Made by a program: the position numbers and the translations under genes | Shown here: positions 51,815 through 64,000 of the stretch, piece after piece | Numbering within the stretch: position 1 is the stretch's first letter | How the letters are laid out: the number at the start of each line of letters is the position of its first letter | Notes under the pieces: model-generated | What the model was told of the DNA's origin: nothing | The model's input: only the letters and a program-made list of their open reading frames with translations | The model's database searches: none | Origin: Octopus sinensis | Lineage: Eukaryota | Assembly: GCF_006345805.1 (NCBI RefSeq) | Contig: NC_042999.1 | Location: forward strand, 24,800,001 to 24,864,000 | Direction of reading: 5' to 3' | DNA: 64,000 bases

Positions 51815-52000
51815 CCCTTTTGTTACTGTATTTATTTTGGGATGCATTGTGTTTCTTTCAATTACTTTAAATATAACAAAGACATTAGTAAAATAAATTG
51901 TGACTAAGGTTTGGTGAAAGATTTTAATCCAAAACTTATAAAAACAAGACATTTGTACTCAGAGCCAGTGCTGGTTTCAGCCAGGTTGGTAACGAAAGGG
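51815..52000. mobile_element. piggyBac-type MITE
   Basis: TTAA|CCCTTT...AAAGGG|TTAA; homologous to 15697-15917. Confidence 0.8.
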
Positions 52001-52198
52001 TTAATGTTACTTCTAGTTGACACACAATAGTATATCTTAACAGAAACTAACAGCCAACCTTTATGCATGGACATTACACAGATTACCTAGCATCAAAAGT
52101 GAAACTGGTATGCAATAATATACTTTGGAATAAATGAATTAATTACAATACAAAAGAAATTGTGCATTTTCTTCTTTTCATTTATATATATATAAATT

Positions 52199-52232
<34 letters not shown>

Positions 52233-52236
52233 ATAT

Positions 52237-52291
<55 letters not shown>

Positions 52292-52310
52292 TATATATGT
52301 ATATATATAT

Positions 52311-52497
52311 AGGGAGAGTTTACGAAAAAAACAAAAGATGAAGACAGGTGGTGTACAAAACAAACAGATGTATTAGTATAATGCTCGAGAATTGAAAAAG
52401 TCTTTTACATTTCGAGCCTACGCTCTTCCACAGAAAGGGACACAGAAAAAACAAAGAGAGAAAAAAATGTGTGTTGTGGCTAACGATCTATCATGGC
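52311..52497 (-). mobile_element. Hammerhead-motif repeat (motif 52402-52437) abutting (TA)n
   Basis: On the - strand: CTTT-CTGTGGA-A-GAGC GTAG GCTC-GAAA-TG-TA-AAAG; homologous to 11940-12135. Confidence 0.65.
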
Positions 52498-52720
52498 GAC
52501 TTGGAAGGGCATCCAGCTGCAGAAACTTTGCCAGATCAGATTGGAGCCTGGTGCAGCCTTCTGGCTCACCAGCCCTCAGTCAAACCATCCAACCCATGCC
52601 AGCATAGAAAGTGGGCATTAAACAATGAACAATATATATATAAACATATATTAAACATATATACACACTCACACACATAAATACATACATACCAGTATGC
52701 ATTCATAAATGAAATTCATA

Positions 52721-52751
<31 letters not shown>

Positions 52752-52811
52752 CAAGGGAAAGAGAGGTAGGCCTGTGACTCATGAGACAACAATGTAATTC
52801 AAGAAATAAAA

Positions 52812-53448
52812 TGTTGGACAGAAATTTAACAAATGATCAAGACCCAAGAGCAAAAATGGAGAGCAGTGCATTATTGAATACTATACATGATTTCTTAGAT
52901 GGATTGGTTGCAATGATAGTAACAGGAGGCAGTCGAAAAAGCCAGCTTCTATATATGGCTGAAGCGGGAAGACCGAAAATGGCTTGAAAGTCATAAACAC
53001 GCTAACGGGAAATAACATCATTAGGTGAGACAAGCTGACACTGAATCAGCTTCGCTGACTGACAGGTAACGGTCGTTTAGAAAAAGCGCGGGCTAAAAAC
53101 TATGCGCCTTCACTAGTCAGTTAAGGTGAGACAGTGTCACGTGACAACTTGCTGGGGCTGCCTGCTGGAGCCTATGCGGCAGGTATTTAAAGGGAAAAAT
53201 TTGACAAGACAGTCAGTCACCAGCTGACGATACATCGAAGAGGCCAGGGAACAGAAGAAAGAAGACATGCACCCAACACTAGAGCTGAAGACACCTCTGA
53301 AAGGGAGGGCCCTGCCATGTCAAAACGGTAGAGGAGTAGGGGCCAAAACCGGATGTGGTTCCTCCTAATGATGTCTTGAGCTAACTGGATCCTATAAAGG
53401 AGCTGTTGTGGTAGCAGACCATGAAACACGGTTGTAATTCCCCCAACA
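52812..53448. mobile_element. Candidate solo LTR
   Basis: TGTTGG...CCAACA termini, flanks TAAAA/TAAAT, GC/CpG richer than its surroundings, internal TATTTAAA. Confidence 0.45.
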
Positions 53449-53884
53449 TAAATAGCCCTTTCCAGAGAAAGACTAGATGTTATAATATAGCAATGAAGTA
53501 ACTCTTACTAGCTTGAGAAATGAAGAAAGCTTTTAAAGTGTTTGGAAATTCACTGAAAATTAAATGAAATTATAAAAAAAATCACTCCAGGCACTTGATT
53601 CCATGGAAAAAAAAAGTGACTTGCCAATTGCAAACCCTGGTCAGTGAATCAATAACGGAAAAGCTATTGGATCAAAGTACCAATGACTCATCATATTTCT
53701 ATCTATTATTTCAGATTAGATCAGATCATTGTGGAAACAGAATCTCAATTCAATGGTAAAAAGCAAGATTTGTGCACTTGGCTTTATTATCCTCAATCCT
53801 AATTCACCATTAACCGATAATTTAATCAACTTTGTTAATGCGTGTATTTTTATGTAAATTAGACACACAAGATCTGAGTTTATA

Positions 53885-54249
53885 TCTCTATATATATAAA
53901 CGGCAAAATGTCTGTGTGTGTGTCCTTTATACAAATCCACAAGTTTTCAGTTAGAGGGCTCGCACTTTCTATGGTCATTCAAAACCGTCCAAAGGTGGTC
54001 GTGCACATCTTTACATTTCCCCAGTCACCCCACAAAGCCATTAAAAAATCAATAGAAGTGACTTTTTTTGTGAATTTTCAATCCAAAACCCAATCAAAAT
54101 GCCCGAAACTTGATATGCCAATTGAATGCCAGCTAGCTGTATGTGATTGGTTGGAGATTTGGACAGTACTTGCGTGTATGTGCACACGCATGCAGCTGTA
54201 TATGCATGCACTAGCACTATGACCCGGCGTTGCCAGGTCATAGTGCTAG
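53885..54249 (+). mobile_element. Non-autonomous Helitron (family B)
   Basis: A|TCTCTATATATATAAA...CTAG|T; homologous to 148-511. Confidence 0.78.
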
Positions 54250-55325
54250 TACATTATAAATAGCCATGTGCTAATAATATCTATTAACAGAAAATGAATG
54301 TTCTTTCTTGAATGAAAGCTCCATAAGACTAGAGACTAGTTAGGTGATCTGTTTTTCTGCCCACAGAAAGATAAAACTTATATTACTGCCGTTTATTTTT
54401 TTATGGAAATTGAAAGTTTACTAAAAAGTCACTGATTACATTTCAGCTTATATATAATTACACAGGGTTATAATTTTTAGAACTATTAACCTCATCTTTA
54501 GGTAGACTGGTTTACTATCCAAAGAACAAGATAATTATCTATTCCTGAAAATAAAAAATGGAAATACAAAAAAATCTTTAACATTTTGTCTAGTACAGTC
54601 TTCATAAATAGCAGCTTTCTTTGTTTTATAATCCCAAAGTTTGTCTGATTTGCATCAATAAATCTATTTCTGGAATCCTTTGCACTGGTTTCTGGCCAGA
54701 AATCTCTTCATATAACCATTTGATGCATGGCAGCTTACTAAACACCTTCTCTTGGAACTAGGATTCTACTTCAACTGGATGTCTGCTATGCAAATTTCCT
54801 TTTAAAGCTCTGTACCCTTGTTAGATGCTAATATTATATAGAATAGATATTTCAACAATAAGTCTATTTTATAAACTGTTGCTGGACTGATTTCAACATC
54901 TAAATGTATAAATGTTTTATCTTGATTTCATTCTGTAAATTCATTGTGATGAGCTTTTAATAGAAACATAATTAAAATCAGTAATCTCTTTAGGTTCCAC
55001 CAGCAGAGAGGTTTTAGAAACAAGAAATACCAGATCTATGAGTTATGGTTGCTTCACACCTCTAACAACGTGTCTATGTTATTGCTTATAACAGTGCACA
55101 CGAGAGAGAAAGATGTGTGTGTGTGTGTGTGTGTGTGTATGAGCATGTGTATGTATGTGTGTTCATTTGCTGGAAGGTAAAGTGTCACACAAGTCTGTGT
55201 ATTTAAATACATGGATGTATGTTTATACACACAAACACACACATATATATATATATATTGTATACACACAAATATATAAATATATATACTACACATACAC
55301 ACACACACACATACATACATAAATA

Positions 55326-56197
55326 CAGGGTGCAAAGGGTAAATTGTTGCCATTTTATATTTGTTATTTTGCGCATGCACATTTCTGTTTTTGATTTTGT
55401 CGACAACACAGTATAGTAGGGTCAGTTGGGCACTGTCTGTGAGAAAAACAGCACCATGACGCAATTCACTCTGTTCAAAATTTGGAAACGACACGCTGTA
55501 CTGCTTGGCATTCACACCAGAAGCTCCAATATGAAAATTTCAGAGTGTTTGGGTGTCAATCTGAGGACATGTACCGAGAGTGATAAAAATCAAACATTCC
55601 CTCAACGTCATGGTGTTTGGAGTGATAACTAGTGAATGCAACATTATGGCTCCATTCATCTTCCTACAAGGCCTCAAACTCAACACGGAGGCCTACATCA
55701 TGTGCCTGGAGGAGGTAGTGCTGCCCTGTGTCAAGAGGATGGCTGCTGGAAAACCCTATGTCTAGCAACAGGATTTTGCACCATGCCACACAAGCAGGAA
55801 AACCCAGTCATGGCTGTCAGACAATTTCTGCGACCACATCACCCCTAACATCTGGCTACCTAACTCCCCAGACTGCAACCCCTTGATTATTAAGTGTAGG
55901 ACACAGTTGAGCGAGAGACCAACAAAATTTTTTGTAGCACCAAAGATGAACTGAAGGCAAGGATTATGGCAGCATTCACCAACTTAAACAAGGAGGCCGT
56001 CCAGAAGAGTTGCAGAAGATTCCAAAGTCGTTTGGAGGCCATGGTTGAAGCCACGGGCGATTTTATTGAATAAATTTACTCTTTAGTATTTCAAGATATT
56101 TTTTATATAATTTTGGTAAATATATCTGTTAAAATGGGATGTCAGTGTTATTTTCATTTTTGTGTAGTTTAGAAGACAATGTATTCATTGCACTCTG
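55326..56197 (+). mobile_element. DD37D (maT) transposon, internally deleted
   Basis: TA|CAG(G/A)GTGCAA imperfect TIRs; QQD-FAPCHTSRKTQSWLSDNFCDHITPNIWLPNSPDCNPL-D gives 37 residues between the last two Asp. Confidence 0.88.
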
Positions 56198-56388
56198 TAC
56201 ATATATATATGTGTGTGTATATGTATATATATATATATTATATATATATATATATATATGGCGTTAGGAAGGGCATCCAGCTGTAGAAACATTGCCAGAT
56301 AAGACTGGAGCCTGGTGCAGCCTTCTGGCTTCCCAGATCCCCAGTCAAACCGTCCAACCCATGCTAGCATGGAGATCGGACGTTAAAC

Positions 56389-56454
<66 letters not shown>

Positions 56455-56489
56455 CACAGACTAAATTTGTGGCTGGTGCAAACAATCAA

Positions 56490-57005
56490 CCAAACCTAGG
56501 GTGGCATATTGGTGGAACTGTGTAATAGGCAGGGCTGTTAAAGCAAAGAAACGATCCTGGAATCTGGAAGAGCAGCAGTAGCAGAGAACTATACCAGGTA
56601 TCTAGAAAGGAAGCAAGGTGACAGGTATATTTATTTAGAGAAAAAGAAAGGGAGAAATCTGCAAATATTCTGTAGTGAGGACCAGGGGTGTTTCAGATTG
56701 CAAGATAGTTTGTGAGGGAAAATCATGATGTTGTAGGAGAGAAGTGTGTTCATCTGGATGATGATTCACTTGCACTTAATGATTCTGCAAAGAAAGAGGC
56801 ATGCCCGTACTTCAAAGGAAGTGTTCTAAATGTGGAAAATGTATGGGAGAAGGAGAATAAGTGTAATGTGGACTCAACAGTGGGACCTATTATCTGAATT
56901 AACAATAGCTTGGTAGATAAATCAATTAAAGATACAAAAACAGGGTAAGTATTTGGCCCATCACGAATCACTGCTAAGATGTTTAAAATATCTGGTGGAG
57001 TGGCA
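56490..57005 (+). mobile_element. RTE LINE internal fragment (EN-RT linker)
   Basis: RENHDVVGEKCV...[10 protein letters not shown]...[14 protein letters not shown]. Confidence 0.65.
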
Positions 57006-57087
57006 CACATACATACATTCACACACACACACACATACACACGCACGCACGCACGCACACACACACACACACATACACACACACACG

Positions 57088-57154
<67 letters not shown>

Positions 57155-57157
<3 letters not shown>

Positions 57158-57385
57158 GTGAATTAATGCAGAACTTACAATTCTTGCACTCTGACTATAA
57201 ATTTTCGTTTGTACCTATCATCATAGCTGCATTAGGTTATATACCAACGAATTTGCACAAAAACCTAGAAATGCTCAGTTTCATGGAAAAAGAACAAAAG
57301 AAACAATGTGGATTCTCTAAATCCAATCAATTAGTGGTACAGTGATGATCTGTAAGACATTCCAAAAATTCCCCATCTGAGATTC
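57155..57385 (+). mobile_element. R4/Dong-type LINE 3' fragment after (CA)n
   Basis: [29 protein letters not shown]..., homologous to 59740-59970. Confidence 0.7.
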
Positions 57386-58452
57386 TTATGTGAATAGATG
57401 TACACATTTGGGTGTGTGCATCAACAGTTCAACTCAAACACATATTTATAAGCACTGGAAACTCTCTTAACTCAGAAAATCTTGTCACTTTGTTAGTGCT
57501 TGGTTTGAACTCTCTCAAGAAGAACTTAACCGAAACTCAAAGAAAAATCATGCATGCATGCAATGAGCTTTTACAGTTTCTGTTTAACCAATTTCAACTC
57601 ATTATACAATCCAAGCCTATAGTTAAAGTAATTTTCTCAAGGAACACTAATTGAACCCCAAACCAGGTGGTAGTAAAGCCATGTCTGTGCCTAGTGTATA
57701 CTGAAAAACTACAATAATGAAAGAAAAAGTAAAGTGTTGATGTTTTTTACAGATGAGAAAAGAGAAGCAGATGTTTGGATAAGATGCTTTCTTTTATTGA
57801 TAACCAATGTTTAGCTAATGTGATGGACTATGTACAGATTTGGTTTCTGATATGAAAATAGGCCAGAAATTTGCAGAGATACAATGATGGCCATTTAGAG
57901 AAAGATAATACTTCTTCAATTCAGTCTTAAATGGCAAAACACATTCCCTCACTCTCAACCTATATCCCTCTATTTGTCTGTCTGTCTGCTTTTACAAAAT
58001 CTCGCTCTCTCTCTTTCTTTGTGTGAGAGCCAAAGAGATAGAGAGAGTGTGTGTGTATGTGTGTTTGCATGTGCGTGTGCATGTCTGTTGTCTGTGGATA
58101 TGCATAAGCGAAAGATTGAATTCACACACACACACACACACTCATGCAAATACGAATGCGCATACATATATCCTTTGGAATATCTTAATTAACAGAGAAG
58201 TACCAACAGCTGATAAGTCACTGAGTAAAAACAGTGAAAGGGATATAGGATTACATAAAAGATAATTTCTTTTCCTCTCTCTCCTCCTCCACTCTTTCTG
58301 TAGTCATGCACACACACATACATATCTACACACGCATTTACATACATGTATGTATGTATATATATATGTGTGTGTGTGTGTGTATATATATATATACATA
58401 TATATATATATACATATACATACATATATATATATATATTATATATATATAT

Positions 58453-58733
58453 AATTAATCCAAACAAGAAAACACAAAAAAACACAGCAGCGCGAGGACG
58501 TGGAACAAATAAAGTATTATTGGACGCTCAGGAAAGAAGGGAAGAAGGAGGGTTTAACGTTTTGGGCGGAGCTCTTCGTCGGAAACATAGGAGAAGGAAA
58601 GATCCCGAGAAGGGAAGACAGAGGAAAAAAAATCGGCAGCGGTACTCACGAGGCCACACATCAGTAGTTGTACCACGTCCTCGCATTATTGTTTTTTTTT
58701 TGTTTTTTCTTCTTTGTTTGAATTCACTATATA

Positions 58734-58780
<47 letters not shown>

Positions 58781-58965
58781 ATATAGTGAATTCAAACAAA
58801 GAAGAAAAAACAAGAAAAAAACAATAATGCGAGGACGTGGTACAACTACTGTATCATCAGATGCTCAGGAAAGGAAGGAAAGAGGATTTAATGTTTCGAG
58901 CCAAGCTCTTCTCTAGAAATAGAGGAAAGTCCAAAGGAAGGGAAGACGGCGGAAGAAAATCGCCA
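58453..58965 (-). mobile_element. Cluster of two hammerhead-motif repeats plus an inverted partial copy around (TA)n
   Basis: Motifs at 58552-58586 and 58886-58920; 58662-58728 is the inverted duplicate of 58785-58851. Confidence 0.65.
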
Positions 58966-58967
58966 TA

Positions 58968-59373
58968 GGCGTAGGAGTGGCTGTATGGTAAGTAGCTTGT
59001 TTACCAAGCACATGGTTCCGGGTTCAGTCCCACAGCGTGGCACCTTGGGCAAGTGTCTTCTACTATAGCCTCGGGCCAACCAAAGCCTTGTAAGTGGATT
59101 TGGTAGACGGAAACTGAAAGAAGCCCGTCATATATATGTATATATGTATGTGTGTGTATATGTTTCTGTGCCTGCGTTTGTCTCCCCAACATCGCTTGAC
59201 AACCGATGCTGGTGTGTTTACATCCCCGTCACTTAGCGGTTCGGCAAAAGAGACCGATAGAATAAGTACTGGGCTTACAAAGAATAAGTTCTGGGGTCGA
59301 TTTGCTCGACTAAAGACAGTGCTCCAGCATGGCCACAGTCAAATGACTGAAACAAGTAAAAGAGTAAAAGAGA
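58968..59373 (+). mobile_element. Full-length SINE S1
   Basis: GGCGTAGGAGTGGCTG...GGTTCAGTCCC tRNA-like head, internal TA/TG tract, AAAAGAG tail. Confidence 0.88.
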
Positions 59374-59529
59374 GTGTGTTGTTTTTCTGGTTTTGTAAGT
59401 ATATATGTATACAGGTATAGATAGATAGATAGATAGATGACATATACCCATGTATATATATGTACATATATACCTGTGAATATATATATATGTGTGTATA
59501 CATGCACACATGTGCATGTGTATGTATGA

Positions 59530-60380
59530 CATTATTCAGTTTTATTTCAAGATTTCTTGTCAATAGAGAAAGAGTTGGTTACTAACCTACACTCAAGGTT
59601 CCTTCATTGGAATTTCAACATCAACAGGGTACTTTTGTATGTATGTATGTATGTATATGTGCACATTTGTATGTTTTGCATTTTGTATGTATCTTCATGC
59701 ATATAGTTGCATATCTAAACATGCTTGTATATATTTAAATGATAAACTTCTGGAAAGTTTTACAGATTTTTACAGTTCCAGTGATGAGTTGGATCTGTAG
59801 TCTTTGAATTAGCTTTTACCTTTCTGATTTTGAGAAGCCTAATTTCTCAAGATTGGTATTTAGGCAGTGTGTTACATATCCCAGGGCCCCAATAATTACA
59901 GGTATAAACCTGAATTTGTAATCTGGATAGAGTAACTGCAGATTTCCTAATAGTTCAGTGTAGGTGTTCTCGTTTTCACTGATCTTTATGTTAACATCTA
60001 TTGGGCAGTAATTTCCACAACTATGCACAGTTTCTCTTCTCTATCTCAAATCATTATATTAGGTCTGTTAGGCTTACATTTTATTGAGGTCTTCACTGGG
60101 ATATTCCACCAGTACTGCTTTTTATTATGAGTGGCTATGGCTTCTACCATACTGTGGATTCTCATTTCCTTGTCCTCAGGTTTATCCTTCTGATGGATTT
60201 CATTATAGAATGTCCTTACTACAACATCATGTCTTATCGTGATAACATTTTCAGACAACTGCTTATGATGTGGGTGATATCTTCAGTGAAAACTCCATGT
60301 ATGCACAGGGTGTTCAGGCTGACTTTGATAGTTTATTTATGTCTCCTTTTTTCAGGATCAGCTTGAAGTATTTGTTGTTG
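59530..60380 (-). mobile_element. R4/Dong-type LINE 3' portion (zinc knuckle and REL endonuclease)
   Basis: EDITHIISSC...RHDVV...YWWNIPVKTSIKCKPNRPNIMI...IPVIIGALG...GTVKICKTF. Confidence 0.8.
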
Positions 60381-60546
60381 AATAGTCAACGGTATTGGAG
60401 GGCATGAAGATTAAATTTGTAATTGAGAAAAAGTTACTGACATGGAAGACTGGAAATCATTTGAATATTGGAAAAGATTACCTGTGTCATGATGATTCAC
60501 ACCAGGTATCAAAATGCTGACATCATGACTGCTGCTCAATGCTAGT

Positions 60547-61540
60547 GGGTGCTTTTATGTGCCACCGGCATGAAGGCCAGTCAGGTGGTACTGGTAATGG
60601 CCATGCTCAAATGGTACTTTTTAGGTGCCACCTGCACAGAAGCAAGTCCAGCGGCATTTGCAACGACCTGGCTCGAATGTTGTTTTTTACATGCCACCGG
60701 CACAAGTGCCAGTAAGGCGACACTGGTAATGATCACACTCGAATGGTGCTTTTTACATGTCACCAGCATGGGAGCCAGTCAGCGGCCCTGGCGACGATCC
60801 CACTTGGATGGTGCTCTTAGTGCTCCACTTGCACAGATGCCAGTCATGTGGTGCTGTCATTGAATTTGATTTCGATTTCACTTGCCTCAACAGGTCTTCG
60901 CAAACAGAGTTTAGTGTCCAATGAAGGAAAGGTACACATAAGTGGGCTGGTTACACCACTTGGCTTGCTGGGTCTTTTCAAGCACTGCATATTTCCAAAG
61001 GTCTCGGTCATTAGTCATTGCCTCAGTAAAGCCTAATGTTCGAAGGTCGTGCTTCACCACTTCATCCCAGGTCTTCCTGGGTCTACCTCTTCCACAAGTT
61101 CTCTCAGCTGCTAGGGTATGACGCTTTTTCACACAGCTGTCCTCATCCATTCTCACCACATGACCATACCAGCACAGTCGTCTTTCTTGTACACTACATC
61201 TGATGCTTCTTAGGTCCAACTTTTCTCTCAAGGCACTTACACTCTGTTGAGTATGCACACTAACATTACACATCCAGTAGAACATACTGGCTTCATTCCT
61301 TGCAAGCTTACGCATGCCCTCAGTAGTCATGTTTCACTGCCATGTAGCATGGCTGTTCATACACATGCATCATACAGTCTACATTTTACTCTGAGCGAGA
61401 GGCCCTTTGTCACCAGCAGAGGTAGGAGCTCTCTGAACTTTGCCCAGGCAGTTCTTATTCTAGCAGCTACACTTTCAAAGTACCTAACCCCCCCGACTGA
61501 CTTAGCACCTAGGCAATGGAAGCTATCAACTACTTCTAGT
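60547..61540 (-). mobile_element. RTE-clade LINE 3' portion
   Basis: LEVVDSF...ARIRTAWAKFRELLPLL...QERRLCWYGHVVRM...GRGRPRKTW; minisatellite 3' UTR. Confidence 0.88.
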
Positions 61541-62659
61541 TTTTGTATATATATATGTATATATACACACACACACATTTATATATATATTTCTTTACTA
61601 CCTACAAGGGGCTAAACACAGAGAGGACAAACAAGGACAGACAAACGGATTAAGTCGATCCCAGTGTGCAACTGGTACTTAATTTATCGACCCCGAAAGG
61701 ATGAAAGGCAAAGTCGACCTCGGCGGAATTTGAACTCAGAACGTAACGGCAGACGAAAAACGGCCACGCATTTCGCCCGGCGTGCTAACGTTTCTGCCAG
61801 CTCGCCGCCTTGCACATTTATATATAAGTGTGCTTGCTTGTACATATATGTGCATGTGCATGCATATGTAGGCAGCCATAGAAGTCAAGCCCAAAACAGA
61901 CGACTGGAGCTAAGTGCAGTTCCTTGGCTTGCCAGCTCCAGTCAAACTGTCTAACCTGTGACAGCATTGAAAATGGACGTTAAATGATAATGATGATGAT
62001 GATAATGATGAAGCTGATGAACAGAATGCCCATTCAAGACTAGATTTAACAAGCACAAGTCTTCGTTTAATATCCAGGAGAACCATGTCACATCATTGAC
62101 AGACATATAAGGACATTGAAAAAAAAACCCTTCACAATATAACAAGTAGAGACTGCCAAAAAAGTTCAGCAACAGAATAAAGAATCATATTTAAAAGAAC
62201 CTTTCATCTATGTGACCTATCTGAACTTCAAAAGTGAAGTTTTTACCTCGTGCCCTTATGAATGTAAGTATATTTTAATCAGCTGGTAGGGTACGCTACA
62301 AGTATGATGATTAGCTCTTCCCCACTCGATATTTTTCTTTCTCCTCTCCACCCCAAGCTTGCCCCGTCGTGTGAACTTTTTTGGTTCCTGAACGTTGGCA
62401 TACAGGTCAACGACTAATAAAAAAAAGACCAATCCTAGGGACAATTCTGATGGGCTTAAGACCATCTTTTCCATATATATACTTATACATGCATACAAGC
62501 AACCAGACAACAAGTTTTAAGACTAACCCTGACCATCTCTCCCATCCTGCTCAATCCTCTCTCTCTCTCATGCCTCTATCCCCATTTCATTCTCCCCACC
62601 TTACCCTTAGACCCACTTACTACAATCAACTATCACATAAAACTGGAATGGACTTACGT

Positions 62660-64000
62660 GAACTTTGTTATTGATCACTAGATAACTGCGCTGTACCTGA
62701 TGTATATCCTATTCCACTTCTACAGGACTTTTCTAGCTTGCTGCATAGAACTTGCATCTTTTCAAAGATCGACCTTGTGTGAGATTACAGTCAAATCCCT
62801 GTGGAACCTGTGGAGATTCCGAAGACAGCAGTCACAACACCCTTCAGAATGTTTGAATTCCAGTGTATGCCTTTCGGTTTATGCAACTTGGCACAGACAT
62901 TCCAACGTTTTATAGACTCAGTTATCAGAGGTTTGCCTTCTATCTATGCATACATAGACGATATACACGTGGCCAGTTGCTCAGACGAAGAGCATGATTA
63001 ACACCTGCACCTGCTATTCCAATACCTGTGTCAATACAGTATTATCAACCCCAGCAAGTGTTCGTTTAAAGTTGTGTCCCTTCATTTTCCTGGGCACATC
63101 GTTGATAAGGTTGGCATTTGCCCACTTCTTAATTTTCCACCAGCCACATCTCTCCACAAATTGCGGGAATTTCTTGGCTTGGTGAATATCTACTGGAGAT
63201 TTTTATTCCACTGTGAAGAGACAGCCCAACCACTCACAGATTTGCTACGACAGTGAACATGCAAAAATACAAACAATTCCCTGAGTGAAGAACAACTTGC
63301 CTCTTTCACTTCCTTGAAAATAGTGTTATCCAATGCTACTATACTGGTGTATCCCAAACCAGATGCCCCACTGTGCGTACTAGTGGATGCATCTGATTCC
63401 AGAGTTGAACTTGTGCTCCAACAACTCACTGACGGTATTTGGCAACCTGTATCCTTCTCCAAGCGCTTAAAACTTGCTGAGACTAAATACAGTACATTCA
63501 ATCAAGAATTACTGGCAGTGTATCTCGCTGTTAAGCATTTACAACACATGCTGGAAGGTTACATTTTCTCCATTTATACCCATTTCTTTATTACCCACAA
63601 GGGGCTAAACATAGAGGGGACAAACAAGGACAGACATGGGTATTAAGTCGATTACATCGACCCCAGTGCGTAACTGGTACTTAAGTTATCGACGCCGAAA
63701 GGATGAAAGGCAAAGTCGACCTCGGCGGAATTTGAACTAACAACGTAACGGCAGACGAAATACCGCTAAGCATTTCGCCCGGTGTGCTAACGTTTCTGCC
63801 AGCTCGCCGCCTATATTTCTCCATTTATACCGACCATAAACCACCAGTTCATGCCTTCAACACCAAGCCCGATTGTCACTCACACCGGGAAGTCTGACAT
63901 CTAGACTTCATATCACAGTACACAACAGACATTCACCACATTAAGGGTGCAAACAACTCTGCAGCTGATGCCCTGTTATGCATGGAACTTATCGCTATCC
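62660..64000 (+). mobile_element. Gypsy/Ty3 pol fragment (RT and RNase H), pseudogenised, runs off the window
   Basis: YPIP, FSKIDL, KTAVTTPF...MPFGLCN..QTFQR, YIDD, DASD, YSTFNQELLAVY, YT/DHKP, ADAL. Confidence 0.92.
63582..63811 (-). mobile_element. SINE S2 inserted in the Gypsy RNase H
   Basis: Full-length S2; perfect 16-bp TSD TTTCTCCATTTATACC (63565-80 and 63816-31). Confidence 0.92.

Noticed and set aside
53716-53756. Possible 41-nt exon (TTTTCAG...GTAAAA)
   Set aside because: Splice-like signals only; no partner exons or homology.

Overview
AT-rich, repeat-dense animal genomic DNA, most likely a coleoid cephalopod such as Octopus (inferred from the SINE/LINE/microsatellite repertoire, not proven). 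One host gene is supported: the last four coding exons of a fatty acid 2-hydroxylase (FA2H) on the + strand (16713-16977, 29045-29211, 38942-39191, 41025-41095). They splice in frame to 250 aa with the four His-box motifs; the cytochrome-b5 5' part was not found in the window. The rest is mostly decayed mobile DNA: Tc1/mariner relics, piggyBac-, hAT- and Merlin-like MITEs, Helitrons, Gypsy pol fragments, RTE, R4/Dong and HERO LINE ends, Penelope-like GIY-YIG remnants and several tRNA-derived SINE families. The most interesting signal is about ten minimal type-I hammerhead-ribozyme-like motifs in short elements, mostly next to (TA)n. They show compensatory stem-I changes (CTTT/AAAG, GTTT/AAAC, ATTT/AAAT) and non-canonical cores (A6U, U4C, and a compensatory G3-C8 pair), suggesting retrozyme or non-autonomous Penelope families. 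The FA2H introns also hold several long near-perfect foldbacks, including a 737-bp loopless palindrome, and inverted repeat pairs that could form pre-mRNA dsRNA. Most ORFs in the supplied track are microsatellite or repeat noise.
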